Source: Flavobacteriia bacterium
GTDB lineage: Bacteria; Bacteroidota; Bacteroidia; Flavobacteriales_D; Crocinitomicaceae
Direction of reading: 5' to 3'
Length of the DNA: 64,000 nucleotides
NCBI GenBank assembly: GCA_947463445.1
Contig: CANHRS010000002.1
Coordinates: forward strand, 12,580 to 76,579
The notes beneath the pieces were generated by a model that ran no database searches, had not been told where the DNA came from, and was given only the letters and a program-made list of their open reading frames with translations. Below, in pieces: positions 47,010 through 55,419 of the stretch; positions within the stretch are counted from its first letter, which is position 1, and every line of letters begins with the position of its first letter. Position numbers and translations under genes: made by a program.

Positions 47010-48866
47010 TTATTTCACACGTAAAATTTCACCTACACGAATAGTGTTTGGATCTGTTTTTGGGTTTAATTCGTGAAGTTCTTCTGGCGTTAATGAGTGG
47101 TTCTCCGCAATACGAATAAACATATCCCCTGGTTTGACGGTGTAAAAACGTTTTTTCTCCATTGGTTTTACACGTTCTACCGGTTTTTGTTTACCACCTA
47201 GTTCAGGTTGGAATAACTTGACATTAATCAATATTTTTAATTTCTGGTCGATATTTACCCAAGAAGAGGTAAGTCCATTCCAAGTTTTGATATTTTCCAA
47301 GGTTACATTGTATCGTTCTGCAATGGCTTCGATAGATTCATTGCGCGCAACGGTATGAAAAATAGTAACCACTGAATCAAAAACAACAGGTTTCGCTGGT
47401 ACTTCAACTATCGGTTTTGTTTCAATAATTTCAACCTCTTTTTCTTTTATTTTTTCGATTGGTTTTAGTGTAGGCTTTACGCTTTCAATCGGTTTTTCTG
47501 GGATTACAATTGTTGGGGTAACCGCAACAGTAGGATTATTAGTTTTAATAATTTTAAGGTTTCTACCTAAAGGTGCTGTATTGTTTCGTAAATAATTCCA
47601 TTTTTTAATCTCCTCAATGGTTACTTCATATTTTACGGAGATGCTATGTAATGTTTCTCCTCGTGCAACGCGATGCCAAATAGTGGTTGGTTTAGCATTT
47701 ACAATTGGCTTAACTTCAACAGGATTTTTTAGTACAACTCCGTTACTATCTAATACTAGTTTGGAGGTATCTACAACTTCCACTGGCTTTGGTTTTGGTG
47801 CGTAGATGCTTTTTTCTAAGTTATACAAGGAATCCCCAAACGAAACTAGTTTACCGATTTCAGAAAAAGGACCCGTTATACATTGCTTCGGATCAGTCCC
47901 CGGGATATAGCGCGTTTTATAGATAGGATTTAATGCTGCAACTTCATCTTCCGACCAAGCAGTTAATTTTTCAATCGTAGACATGTGCACACCTTTCGAT
48001 AAACATATCGTATCTAATTGATAAAACGTATTTTTTGCAGCTGCGGGTTTAATATTATGTTCTTTATGGTAGGTCAGTAAGTAGGCAGCAGCGATAAAAT
48101 TGGGAACATAACCCTGGGTTTCCCGAGGTAAAAAAGGACGAACCTCCCAATACGTTCTTTTTCCACCAGACCTACGAATTGCTTTATTTACATTTCCAGG
48201 TCCTGCATTATACGCCGCTAATGCTAAATTCCAGTCGCCATAAATACCATATAATTTATTCAAGAATTTACATGCAGCTTCGGTAGCTTTCACCGGATCC
48301 ATACGATCATCGATGTAGGAGTTTTCTGTAAGTCCATACATCTTTCCTGTTCCATACATAAATTGCCATAATCCTAGTGCTCCAGCAGGCGATTTTACTT
48401 GCGGACGAAGCCCACTTTCAATAACGGATAGGTATTTTAACTCAATCGGCATGTCATATTTTGCCAATGTTTGTTCGTATAAATCAAAATAAAGTTTAGA
48501 TCTACCCAACACAATTTTTGCAAATCCTCTTCTGTTTTTCACGAAGAATTTAATCATGCCTAAGGTAATATCGTTACAGTCTAGATGAAAAGGAGATAAT
48601 GCATTAATTTTTTCCAGTCTTACGCAATATTCATCGTCCGAAATATCTCCAATATTATCCGAATCCATTTCCAGTGCATCGATCAGAGAATCTACTTTTT
48701 TATCGTTAGCGACACTGGAATAGTAGTCCATTAATGTTTCGTCAAGCATTTTCAGATATGCTTCACTATCCATTGGATGTTTAACCGTCGGTTTAGGGGT
48801 TCTCGTTTGAGAAAAAGAGGTCAATTGAATGCCAAGCAAACATAGTATGAATACAAGACCTCTCAT
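47010..48866 (-). CDS. lytic murein transglycosylase (MltD-like) with three LysM domains
   Basis: SLT catalytic block SVIESGLRP...GALGLWQFM. Three LysM repeats (HRVARGETLHSISVKY..., HTVARNESIEAIAERY..., YTVKPGDMFIRIAENH...). Confidence 0.9.
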   Translation of the reverse strand: MRGLVFILCLLGIQLTSFSQTRTPKPTVKHPMDSEAYLKMLDETLMDYYSSVANDKKVDSLIDALEMDSDNIGDISDDEYCVRLEKINALSPFHLDCNDITLGMIKFFVKNRRGFAKIVLGRSKLYFDLYEQTLAKYDMPIELKYLSVIESGLRPQVKSPAGALGLWQFMYGTGKMYGLTENSYIDDRMDPVKATEAACKFLNKLYGIYGDWNLALAAYNAGPGNVNKAIRRSGGKRTYWEVRPFLPRETQGYVPNFIAAAYLLTYHKEHNIKPAAAKNTFYQLDTICLSKGVHMSTIEKLTAWSEDEVAALNPIYKTRYIPGTDPKQCITGPFSEIGKLVSFGDSLYNLEKSIYAPKPKPVEVVDTSKLVLDSNGVVLKNPVEVKPIVNAKPTTIWHRVARGETLHSISVKYEVTIEEIKKWNYLRNNTAPLGRNLKIIKTNNPTVAVTPTIVIPEKPIESVKPTLKPIEKIKEKEVEIIETKPIVEVPAKPVVFDSVVTIFHTVARNESIEAIAERYNVTLENIKTWNGLTSSWVNIDQKLKILINVKLFQPELGGKQKPVERVKPMEKKRFYTVKPGDMFIRIAENHSLTPEELHELNPKTDPNTIRVGEILRVK

Positions 48867-48872
48867 CTTTTT

Positions 48873-50291
48873 TTAGTTACGTTTAAACTTAGTTTCTAAA
48901 TATGCAGAGAAATCATACAGATCTTTTTCTGTGAACGGTGCAGACATTAATTGAATTCCAAAAGGCATTCCGTCGTTTCCTTTCCCATAAGGTAATGAAA
49001 TTGCTGGGTTACCAGTTAAGTTTGCATGTACGGTAAAAATATCTTGTAAATACATTTGGATAGGATCATTTACAGCATTCAATGCAAAGGCAGTTGCAGG
49101 AGTAGTAGGTGTTAACACAAAGTCAAAATCCTCAAAAATTGCCTTTGTTTTGTTTTGTAATACTCTTCTAACTTTTTGTCCTTTAGAATAATATGCTTCG
49201 TAAAATTCATTTGATAGTACGAAAGTACCTGCCATGATTCTACGTTTTACTTCCGGACCAAATCCTTCTGAACGTGATTTTTTATAAGTAGCTTCCACAC
49301 CAACAGCATCTTTTGCGCGGTAACCATAATGCACACCGTCAAAACGAGATAAGTTAGAAGAAGCTTCTGCTGTAGAAAGTACATAATAGGTTGGAACCAT
49401 GTAATCCAAATATGGGAAAGAAACAGGTTCAACGGTATGTCCATCAGCTTTTAAGCTTGTGATTACTTCATCCATACGCGCTTTCACTTCTGGCTGCATA
49501 CCTTCCATTTCATATGCTTCTTGAATATAAGCAATGCGTTTTTTATTTGAACTAGGAGTCAATGTGTAAGAACCAACTTCTCTAGAAGTCGATGTACTAT
49601 CCATTGGATCTTTACCTGACATAATTTCTATCACTAAAGCATTGTCTTCCAGGGTATTTGTAAAAGCACCAATTTGATCAAAGGAAGATGCATAAGCAAT
49701 TAATCCATAACGGCTTATTCTACCATAGGTTGGTTTGATGCCGTAGGTTCCAGTGAAGGAAGCAGGTTGACGGATAGATCCACCTGTATCGCTGCCAAGA
49801 GAAACTGTGCAAAGATTTGCAGCAACTGCTGCTGCAGAACCACCTGATGAACCACCAGGAACCGTATTTATGTTAAGAGGGTTACGTACCGGACCAAATG
49901 CAGAATTTTCGTTGGAACTACCCATGGCAAATTCATCACAGTTTAATCGTCCAATTACGATTGCATCTTCGTTTAATAAGCGTTCTAAAGCAGTTGCTGT
50001 ATATAAAGATTCAAATCCTTCTAAGATTTTAGAGGAAGCAGAAACTTTATGTCCTTTGTAACAAATATTGTCCTTGATACCAATGACCATACCAGCTAAG
50101 CGACCAGCATTACCTGCTTTGATTTTTTCGTCAACACGTAATGCATTTTCACGCACAGAATCTGTAAAAACTTCTAAAAAAGCATTTAGTTCTTTGTGTG
50201 CATCGATACGTTTCAGGTAGCTTTCCGTTATTTCCAATACAGAAACACCTGAAGCAAGTGCAGACTTTACTTCAGTAAAATTTTTATACAT
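48873..50291 (-). CDS. gatA: Asp-tRNA(Asn)/Glu-tRNA(Gln) amidotransferase subunit A
   Basis: Amidase signature GGSSGGSAAAVA and GSDTGGSIRQPA. 472 aa. Confidence 0.96.
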   Translation of the reverse strand: MYKNFTEVKSALASGVSVLEITESYLKRIDAHKELNAFLEVFTDSVRENALRVDEKIKAGNAGRLAGMVIGIKDNICYKGHKVSASSKILEGFESLYTATALERLLNEDAIVIGRLNCDEFAMGSSNENSAFGPVRNPLNINTVPGGSSGGSAAAVAANLCTVSLGSDTGGSIRQPASFTGTYGIKPTYGRISRYGLIAYASSFDQIGAFTNTLEDNALVIEIMSGKDPMDSTSTSREVGSYTLTPSSNKKRIAYIQEAYEMEGMQPEVKARMDEVITSLKADGHTVEPVSFPYLDYMVPTYYVLSTAEASSNLSRFDGVHYGYRAKDAVGVEATYKKSRSEGFGPEVKRRIMAGTFVLSNEFYEAYYSKGQKVRRVLQNKTKAIFEDFDFVLTPTTPATAFALNAVNDPIQMYLQDIFTVHANLTGNPAISLPYGKGNDGMPFGIQLMSAPFTEKDLYDFSAYLETKFKRN

Positions 50292-50302
50292 AGAAGGAAG
50301 TA

Positions 50303-50467
50303 TTAAGCTTCTTTTTTGTCGTCCGTAGATTCTCCTTTAGAAGCATCTTTGAATTCTTTCATCCCTTTTCCAAGGCCTTTCATTAATTCTGGAATTTTTT
50401 TACCTCCAAATAATAAAAGTACAACTGCAAGAATTAATATGATTTCTGTAGCACCAAATTTTCCCAT
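50303..50467 (-). CDS. tatA: twin-arginine translocase subunit TatA/E
   Basis: Found by hand; at 54 aa it is below the ORF-track cutoff. Sequence [54 protein letters not shown]: a TM helix, FG hinge and amphipathic helix typical of TatA. Confidence 0.85.
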   Translation of the reverse strand: MGKFGATEIILILAVVLLLFGGKKIPELMKGLGKGMKEFKDASKGESTDDKKEA

Positions 50468-50544
50468 TTCGAATAGTATATATATTTAACGAAGTACAAA
50501 GTTACTCAATAAAAACAATTTTAGGGGTACGATTCTCAATCTTT

Positions 50545-51429
50545 TTAGCCCTTTATACAGGAAGATATAGCCCCTTTTAATTCGGTATATTTGAAATTAA
50601 AACCTGCTTTTATTAATGTTTCGTTACTAGTTTTTACGCCTTCTAAGAGTAACATTGCCATTTCACCAAAGAGGAGTTTTACCATAAATGTAGGTAGGTT
50701 CGGCAACCATATTTTTTTAGAAATACTTTCCGCACAAATTGCTGTAAATTCTGTATTGGTAGATGTTCCTGCAACTGCATTAAATGCTCCTGTAAGTTGG
50801 TGTTGTAACACAAAATCAAAAATACGCGCTAAATCTTCATAATGTATCCAAGGCATCGCTTGTTTACCATCTCCTAATGCTGCACCAAAACCAACTTTAA
50901 TAGGCTTCATAATTTCTACTAATGCGCCACCTTGCTTATCTAGTACGGGACTAATACGAATTTTACTAACCAAACAGTGCGGACTAAATAGCTCCGCTGT
51001 TTCTTCCCATTGTTTGACCAGCTGAGAGACAAAATCCGTCCCGAAGCCATCGGTTTCGGTATAGACTTTTGCTTGATTCAACGGGTAACAATTAATCCCT
51101 GAAGCAGTGATGTAATGACTTAATTTTGGAAAATGCTGGATGTTTGCCAAAAGAAATTGAGCAGGTTGAATCCGTGAATCTAACAATTCCTTTTTGTAGG
51201 CATGCGACCAACGTTTTCCGGCTAAAGTGGCACCACACAAGTTTATAAGGTGCGTGATTGTCCCTAATTTTGTGGTGTCGATTTCGTTCGTACTTGGATT
51301 CCAAAAGATGTGGTTAGAAGCGGTTGGTTTACGCGTAAGGATAAACACAACATTTCCAGTGGATTCGAGGTAAGTCGTTAATCGTTTTCCGATGAGGCCA
51401 GTTCCTCCAGCGATAAGTATGTTGTTCAT
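50545..51429 (-). CDS. TIGR01777/YfcH-like NAD-dependent epimerase-family protein
   Basis: Rossmann motif ILIAGGTGLIGKRL. 294 aa with a C-terminal DUF1731-like region. Confidence 0.82.
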   Translation of the reverse strand: MNNILIAGGTGLIGKRLTTYLESTGNVVFILTRKPTASNHIFWNPSTNEIDTTKLGTITHLINLCGATLAGKRWSHAYKKELLDSRIQPAQFLLANIQHFPKLSHYITASGINCYPLNQAKVYTETDGFGTDFVSQLVKQWEETAELFSPHCLVSKIRISPVLDKQGGALVEIMKPIKVGFGAALGDGKQAMPWIHYEDLARIFDFVLQHQLTGAFNAVAGTSTNTEFTAICAESISKKIWLPNLPTFMVKLLFGEMAMLLLEGVKTSNETLIKAGFNFKYTELKGAISSCIKG

Positions 51430-51457
51430 AGAATGGAATTTTTTTTGAGTTCTTTAG

Positions 51458-51516
51458 TTTTCCCTCCTTGAGGAGGGATTAAAGGGAGGTGAGACTAATT
51501 TATCTTAAGGGAGGAA
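51458..51516. repeat. GC-rich nested-palindrome intergenic element, copy 1 (right arm partly deleted)
   Basis: TTTTCCCTCCTTGAGGAGGGATTAAAGGGAGGTGA followed by a remnant CTTAAGGGAGGAA. The left arm is near-identical to 52933-52966. Confidence 0.78.
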
Positions 51517-51518
51517 TC

Positions 51519-51815
51519 TTAAAACACTATTTTTTTAGTGTTTTGAAGCACTTCTAAAAAAAATGGATTTTTTAAGGCTGATTTTTCTAGTAAATCTACT
51601 TTTCGTTGAAAAAGATCCTCTAAGGATTTCTTGAAATTGAAATAGTTTCCTGCATATTCTTTTCGTTCAATTCGTGTGAAATCTACAACCAAATCAATAT
51701 CACTTGTAGCATTGAATTTATCTGTAAGTACAGAGCCGAATACCGCTAATTCTCCAACAGAATGTTTGAGACAAAGTTCATGGATTTGAGCACTATATAA
51801 TTGCAATGGATTCAT
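51519..51815 (-). CDS. orphan minimal nucleotidyltransferase (MNT-type antitoxin-like)
   Basis: 98 aa. NTase motif FGSVLTDKFNATSDIDLVVDF. No HEPN partner on either side. Confidence 0.8.
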   Translation of the reverse strand: MNPLQLYSAQIHELCLKHSVGELAVFGSVLTDKFNATSDIDLVVDFTRIERKEYAGNYFNFKKSLEDLFQRKVDLLEKSALKNPFFLEVLQNTKKIVF

Positions 51816-51850
51816 ATAACAAATATAAACCTTTTTTAAACTTTACAAAA

Positions 51851-51878
51851 ACAAAAAAAGAGGCCTTTTTAGCCTCTT
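51851..51878 (-). terminator. intrinsic terminator of fbp
   Basis: On the minus strand: AAGAGGC-UAAAAAG-GCCUCUU followed by a U-run. It starts 21 nt after the fbp stop. Confidence 0.72.
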
Positions 51879-51898
51879 CGTTTAGTAATATTTTTTGT

Positions 51899-52918
51899 TT
51901 ATGCTTCTACCGAATTAGTGTCTAAACATTCTTGTAATTTCTCTACCATTTGTTTAGAACCTACAATGAATCCAACGCGTTGGTGAAGTTCTGTAGGTTT
52001 AATACTCATAATACGTTGTACACCATCTGTTGCTAAACCCCCAGCTTGTTCGATCACAAACGCTAAAGGGTTGCATTCATACAATAAACGTAATCTTCCT
52101 TTTGGTGCCGCTGGCGTGGTAGGGTAGAAGTAGATTCCACCTTTGATTAAGTTACGGTGAAAATCAGCCACTAAGGAACCTATATAACGACCAGAATATG
52201 GACGACCAGTTGATGCATCTTCTTCTTGGCAGTATTCGGTATATTTTCTATATCCTGGGTGACAAACAGCAATGTTTCCTTCATTCATTGAGTAGATACG
52301 ACCAGTTTCCGGAGTTTTCATGTTCGGGTGTGACAAGCAGAATTCACCAATCGATGGATCCAATGTAAATCCATTAACACCATTTCCGGTAGTATATACT
52401 AACATCGTAGAAGACCCATACAATACATATCCACCAGCCACTTGTTTGTCGCCAGGTTGTAACATATCTTCTAACGTTGCTTCTGTTCCAATTGGGGAAA
52501 CACGGTTATAAATGGAAAAAATTGTACCAATAGATACATTTACATCAATATTAGAAGAACCATCTAATGGATCAAATAACACAACATATTTACCATTTTT
52601 AGACATTTCGCTTTGAAAAGCCATGTAGTTGTCGTTTTCTTCCGAACCGATACCACAAACTTCCCCACCAAGTTCAAACATTTTAATGAATTGGTTATCT
52701 GCAACAACATCCAATTTTTGTTGTTGTTCTCCTTGTATATTGATTTCTCCTTGAGCGCCTAAAATGTTGTCGACCAAACCAGCACGACGAACGTCACGTG
52801 TTACAATTTTTGCAGCAACAGCAATATCATTTAATAAACGAGATAACTCACCAGAAGCGCCTGGGAAATCGGCTTGCTTCTTCATGATGAATTCGTTAAG
52901 AGTTGTAAGTTTTGACAT
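51899..52918 (-). CDS. fbp: class 1 fructose-1,6-bisphosphatase
   Basis: Metal-site block [11 protein letters not shown] and the C-terminal [21 protein letters not shown]. 339 aa. Confidence 0.96.
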   Translation of the reverse strand: MSKLTTLNEFIMKKQADFPGASGELSRLLNDIAVAAKIVTRDVRRAGLVDNILGAQGEINIQGEQQQKLDVVADNQFIKMFELGGEVCGIGSEENDNYMAFQSEMSKNGKYVVLFDPLDGSSNIDVNVSIGTIFSIYNRVSPIGTEATLEDMLQPGDKQVAGGYVLYGSSTMLVYTTGNGVNGFTLDPSIGEFCLSHPNMKTPETGRIYSMNEGNIAVCHPGYRKYTEYCQEEDASTGRPYSGRYIGSLVADFHRNLIKGGIYFYPTTPAAPKGRLRLLYECNPLAFVIEQAGGLATDGVQRIMSIKPTELHQRVGFIVGSKQMVEKLQECLDTNSVEA

Positions 52919-52934
52919 GATTTATGAGGATGTT

Positions 52935-53006
52935 TTCCCTCCTTGAGGAGGGATTAAGGGAGGTGATAAATTGGTCACCCTCCTCAATCCTCCCTCAAGG
53001 GAGGAA
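52935..53006. repeat. GC-rich nested-palindrome intergenic element, copy 2 (complete, 72 bp)
   Basis: The left arm TTCCCTCCTTGAGGAGGGATTAAGGGAGGTGA, an 8-nt spacer and the right arm TCACCCTCCTCAATCCTCCCTCAAGGGAGGAA pair at 28 of 32 positions (25 WC + 3 GU). Each arm also holds its own 6-bp stem-loop. Confidence 0.82.
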
Positions 53007-53016
53007 GATGAAAAAA

Positions 53017-54288
53017 TTAATTAATAACGGTAAAATTTAAATATTTATGTAAACATTCTGGAACAACAATTCCTTCCGATGTTTGGTTGTTTTCTAATAA
53101 GGCTGCTACTATTCGCGGTAAGGCCAAAGCACTTCCATTTAAGGTATGGCATAATTGTGTTTTCTTATCTTCTGTTTTAAAACGTAACTTCAAACGGTTT
53201 GCTTGGAAAGTGTCAAAACGGGACACAGAGCTAACCTCTAACCATTTTTCTTGTGCTGCCGAATATACTTCAAAATCGTACGTCATTGCAGAAGCAAATC
53301 CTGTATCACCACCACATAAACGTAAAATACGGTAATGTAGACCTAATTTAGCTAACAAACCTCTTACGTGTTCCACCATTTCATCCAATGCCTTAGCCGT
53401 GTTTGAAGGGTGTTCGATACGTACAATTTCTACTTTATCAAATTGGTGTAAGCGGTTTAAACCACGTACATCTTTGCCATAAGAACCAGCTTCACGACGG
53501 AAACATGGCGTATATCCGGTTAATTTGATGGAAAAGTTCTCATTTGGAAGAATTACGTCGCGGTAGATGTTTGTCAACGGCACCTCTGCAGTAGGGATGA
53601 GGTATAAATCATCCTCCCCAATGTAGTACATTTGTCCTTCTTTATCTGGCAATTGTCCTGTTCCGTATCCACTTGCTTCATTCACAACCAATGGTGGAAT
53701 GAATTCTTCATACCCTGCTTTATCTGCTTCGTCTAGGAAAAACGAAATCAATGCGCGTTGTAATTTGGCTCCTTTTCCTTTGTAAATCGGGAAACCAGCA
53801 CCAGTTACTTTTACACCAGTCTCGAAGTCAATTAAATCGTATTTTTTAGTGATTTCCCAATGAGGCAATGCTTCACCTGAGAAAGTAGTTTTACTACCAA
53901 CTTCTTCCACTGTTATATTATCCAATTCATTTTTACCAGCAGGAACTAAGTCATTTGGAACATTTGGAAGTTGGTACATCAATTGTTGCATTTCCTCTTC
54001 CAACGCTTGTACAGCCGCTTTTAATACGGATTCTTGTTCTTTTAAGGTAACAGTTTTCGCTTTGGCTTCATTCGCTTCCGCTTGTTTCCCTTGTTGAAAC
54101 AATTCACCTATTTGTTTTGCAATACGATTTAACTCCGCAGAAATAATTTCTAATTCTGTTTTTTTTGCTCTCCACTCAGTGTCTTTAGCTAAGATAGCAT
54201 CTACAGTTGCTGTAGCATCGATGTTTCTTTTTTGTAAACCTTGTAAGACAGCATCTTTCTCGGTTCTTAAGCGTTGTATTTCAAGCAT
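53017..54288 (-). CDS. serS: serine--tRNA ligase
   Basis: N-terminal coiled-coil arm, class II motif 2 (TPCFRREAGSYGKD) and motif 3 (GSALALPRI). 423 aa. Confidence 0.97.
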   Translation of the reverse strand: MLEIQRLRTEKDAVLQGLQKRNIDATATVDAILAKDTEWRAKKTELEIISAELNRIAKQIGELFQQGKQAEANEAKAKTVTLKEQESVLKAAVQALEEEMQQLMYQLPNVPNDLVPAGKNELDNITVEEVGSKTTFSGEALPHWEITKKYDLIDFETGVKVTGAGFPIYKGKGAKLQRALISFFLDEADKAGYEEFIPPLVVNEASGYGTGQLPDKEGQMYYIGEDDLYLIPTAEVPLTNIYRDVILPNENFSIKLTGYTPCFRREAGSYGKDVRGLNRLHQFDKVEIVRIEHPSNTAKALDEMVEHVRGLLAKLGLHYRILRLCGGDTGFASAMTYDFEVYSAAQEKWLEVSSVSRFDTFQANRLKLRFKTEDKKTQLCHTLNGSALALPRIVAALLENNQTSEGIVVPECLHKYLNFTVIN

Positions 54289-54382
54289 TGAATTGTTATT
54301 TATATTGTACGCGAATTTAATACAAAATGAGGGGGAAATGGTATTAAAAATTAACTTTTTAGTGATGAAGTATAAAATTTAC

Positions 54383-54415
54383 ACAAAAGTGTTTGATGCC
54401 ATCAAACACTTTTGT
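54383..54415. terminator. 33-bp perfect palindrome upstream of serS, downstream of the small ORF and rpmA
   Basis: ACAAAAGTGTTTGATG-C-CATCAAACACTTTTGT: 16-bp arms flanked by T-rich sequence. Confidence 0.5.
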
Positions 54416-54456
54416 TTGTTTATATCAAACAACTTTAGGAAAAGTTAGATTTTCTT

Positions 54457-54630
54457 TTACTTTTTTCTTTTTAAAACAATGATTTGAGATATCATAACAA
54501 AAACAAAAGAAACTGTAAGTGTTATAAATGTAAATTTTTTCAAGTAACCTAGTCCAAAAAGTACAGAAATTACTATTTCAAATAGGATACAAAATAGAAT
54601 GTAAATGTAGTGTGACTTTAGACTTTTCAT
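54457..54630 (-). CDS. possible 57-aa two-TM membrane peptide
   Basis: Hand-translated: MKSLKSHYIYILFCILFEIVISVLFGLGYLKKFTFITLTVSFVFVMISQIIVLKRKK. It lies between the rpmA terminator and the 54383 hairpin. No homology evidence. Confidence 0.3.
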   Translation of the reverse strand: MKSLKSHYIYILFCILFEIVISVLFGLGYLKKFTFITLTVSFVFVMISQIIVLKRKK

Positions 54631-54664
54631 TTTTTGATTCTTCTAATTATTAAATATTTAACAT

Positions 54665-54696
54665 AAAAAAGGCGAGCATTACTGCTCGCCTTTTTT
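54665..54696. terminator. intrinsic terminator after rpmA (symmetrical A6/T6 flanks)
   Basis: GGCGAGCA-TTAC-TGCTCGCC: an 8-bp GC-rich stem flanked by A6 and T6. Confidence 0.78.
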
Positions 54697-54715
54697 AATT
54701 TTTATAATTCTTTAC

Positions 54716-54985
54716 TTATGCTTCTGTAGTTTCAAATGGAACTATAGATACAAAAGAACGATTATCTTTTTTCTTACGGAATTCAACTAATCCATCAGTT
54801 AAAGCGTAAATTGTGTGATCTTTTCCAATCCCAACATTTTTACCTGGATGGTGTTGTGTTCCTCTTTGACGGATAATGATGTTTCCAGCGATAGCTGCTT
54901 GACCACCAAAGATTTTAACGCCTAAACGTTTACTTGCTGATTCACGACCGTTGTTCGAACTTCCGGCTCCTTTCTTATGTGCCAT
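54716..54985 (-). CDS. rpmA: 50S ribosomal protein L27
   Basis: [24 protein letters not shown]... canonical L27 N-terminus. Confidence 0.97.
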   Translation of the reverse strand: MAHKKGAGSSNNGRESASKRLGVKIFGGQAAIAGNIIIRQRGTQHHPGKNVGIGKDHTIYALTDGLVEFRKKKDNRSFVSIVPFETTEA

Positions 54986-55029
54986 AATTTTTTGTTTTGT
55001 ATTCTAATTTAACTCAGAATAAGATTATT

Positions 55030-55341
55030 TTACGCTTTAATATCTGAAATAGTGATAGAAGTGAAAGATTGACGGTGACCGTTTTTCTTCTTGTATCCTT
55101 TTCTTCTTTTTTTACGGAAAACAATTACTTTGTCTCCTTTAACGTGCTCGTTTACCGTTGCGGTAACTTTAGCTCCATTTATAGCTGGGGCGCCTAAAGA
55201 AATTTTTCCTCCGTTATCTACTAAAAGCACTTTGTCAAATTCTACATTTGATCCTGCTTCAGCTGCTAAACGGTGTACAAAAATCTTTTGATCTTTTTGC
55301 ACTTTAAATTGCTGCCCTGCTATCTCTACAATTGCGTACAT
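55030..55341 (-). CDS. rplU: 50S ribosomal protein L21
   Basis: [14 protein letters not shown]... canonical L21. Located upstream of rpmA as usual. Confidence 0.97.
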   Translation of the reverse strand: MYAIVEIAGQQFKVQKDQKIFVHRLAAEAGSNVEFDKVLLVDNGGKISLGAPAINGAKVTATVNEHVKGDKVIVFRKKRRKGYKKKNGHRQSFTSITISDIKA

Positions 55342-55378
55342 ATAGCTTGTTTTAAAATTATTTGAACATCAAAGATAT

Positions 55379-55413
55379 AAAAAAAAGTTTTCCACAATCC
55401 TTTTCTTGGAAAA
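55379..55413 (-). terminator. intrinsic terminator of the sensor-cyclase gene
   Basis: On the minus strand: UUUUCCA-12 nt loop-UGGAAAA, then C and U8. It begins 7 nt after the stop at 55420. Confidence 0.65.
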
Positions 55414-55419
55414 TATTTA

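Noticed and set aside
52935-53006. GGAGG strings in the palindromic element read as Shine-Dalgarno sites or as a tiny coding gene
   Set aside because: The strings are an intrinsic part of both arms of the palindrome and occur at 16-28 nt, not at SD distance. No ORF of meaningful length crosses the element.
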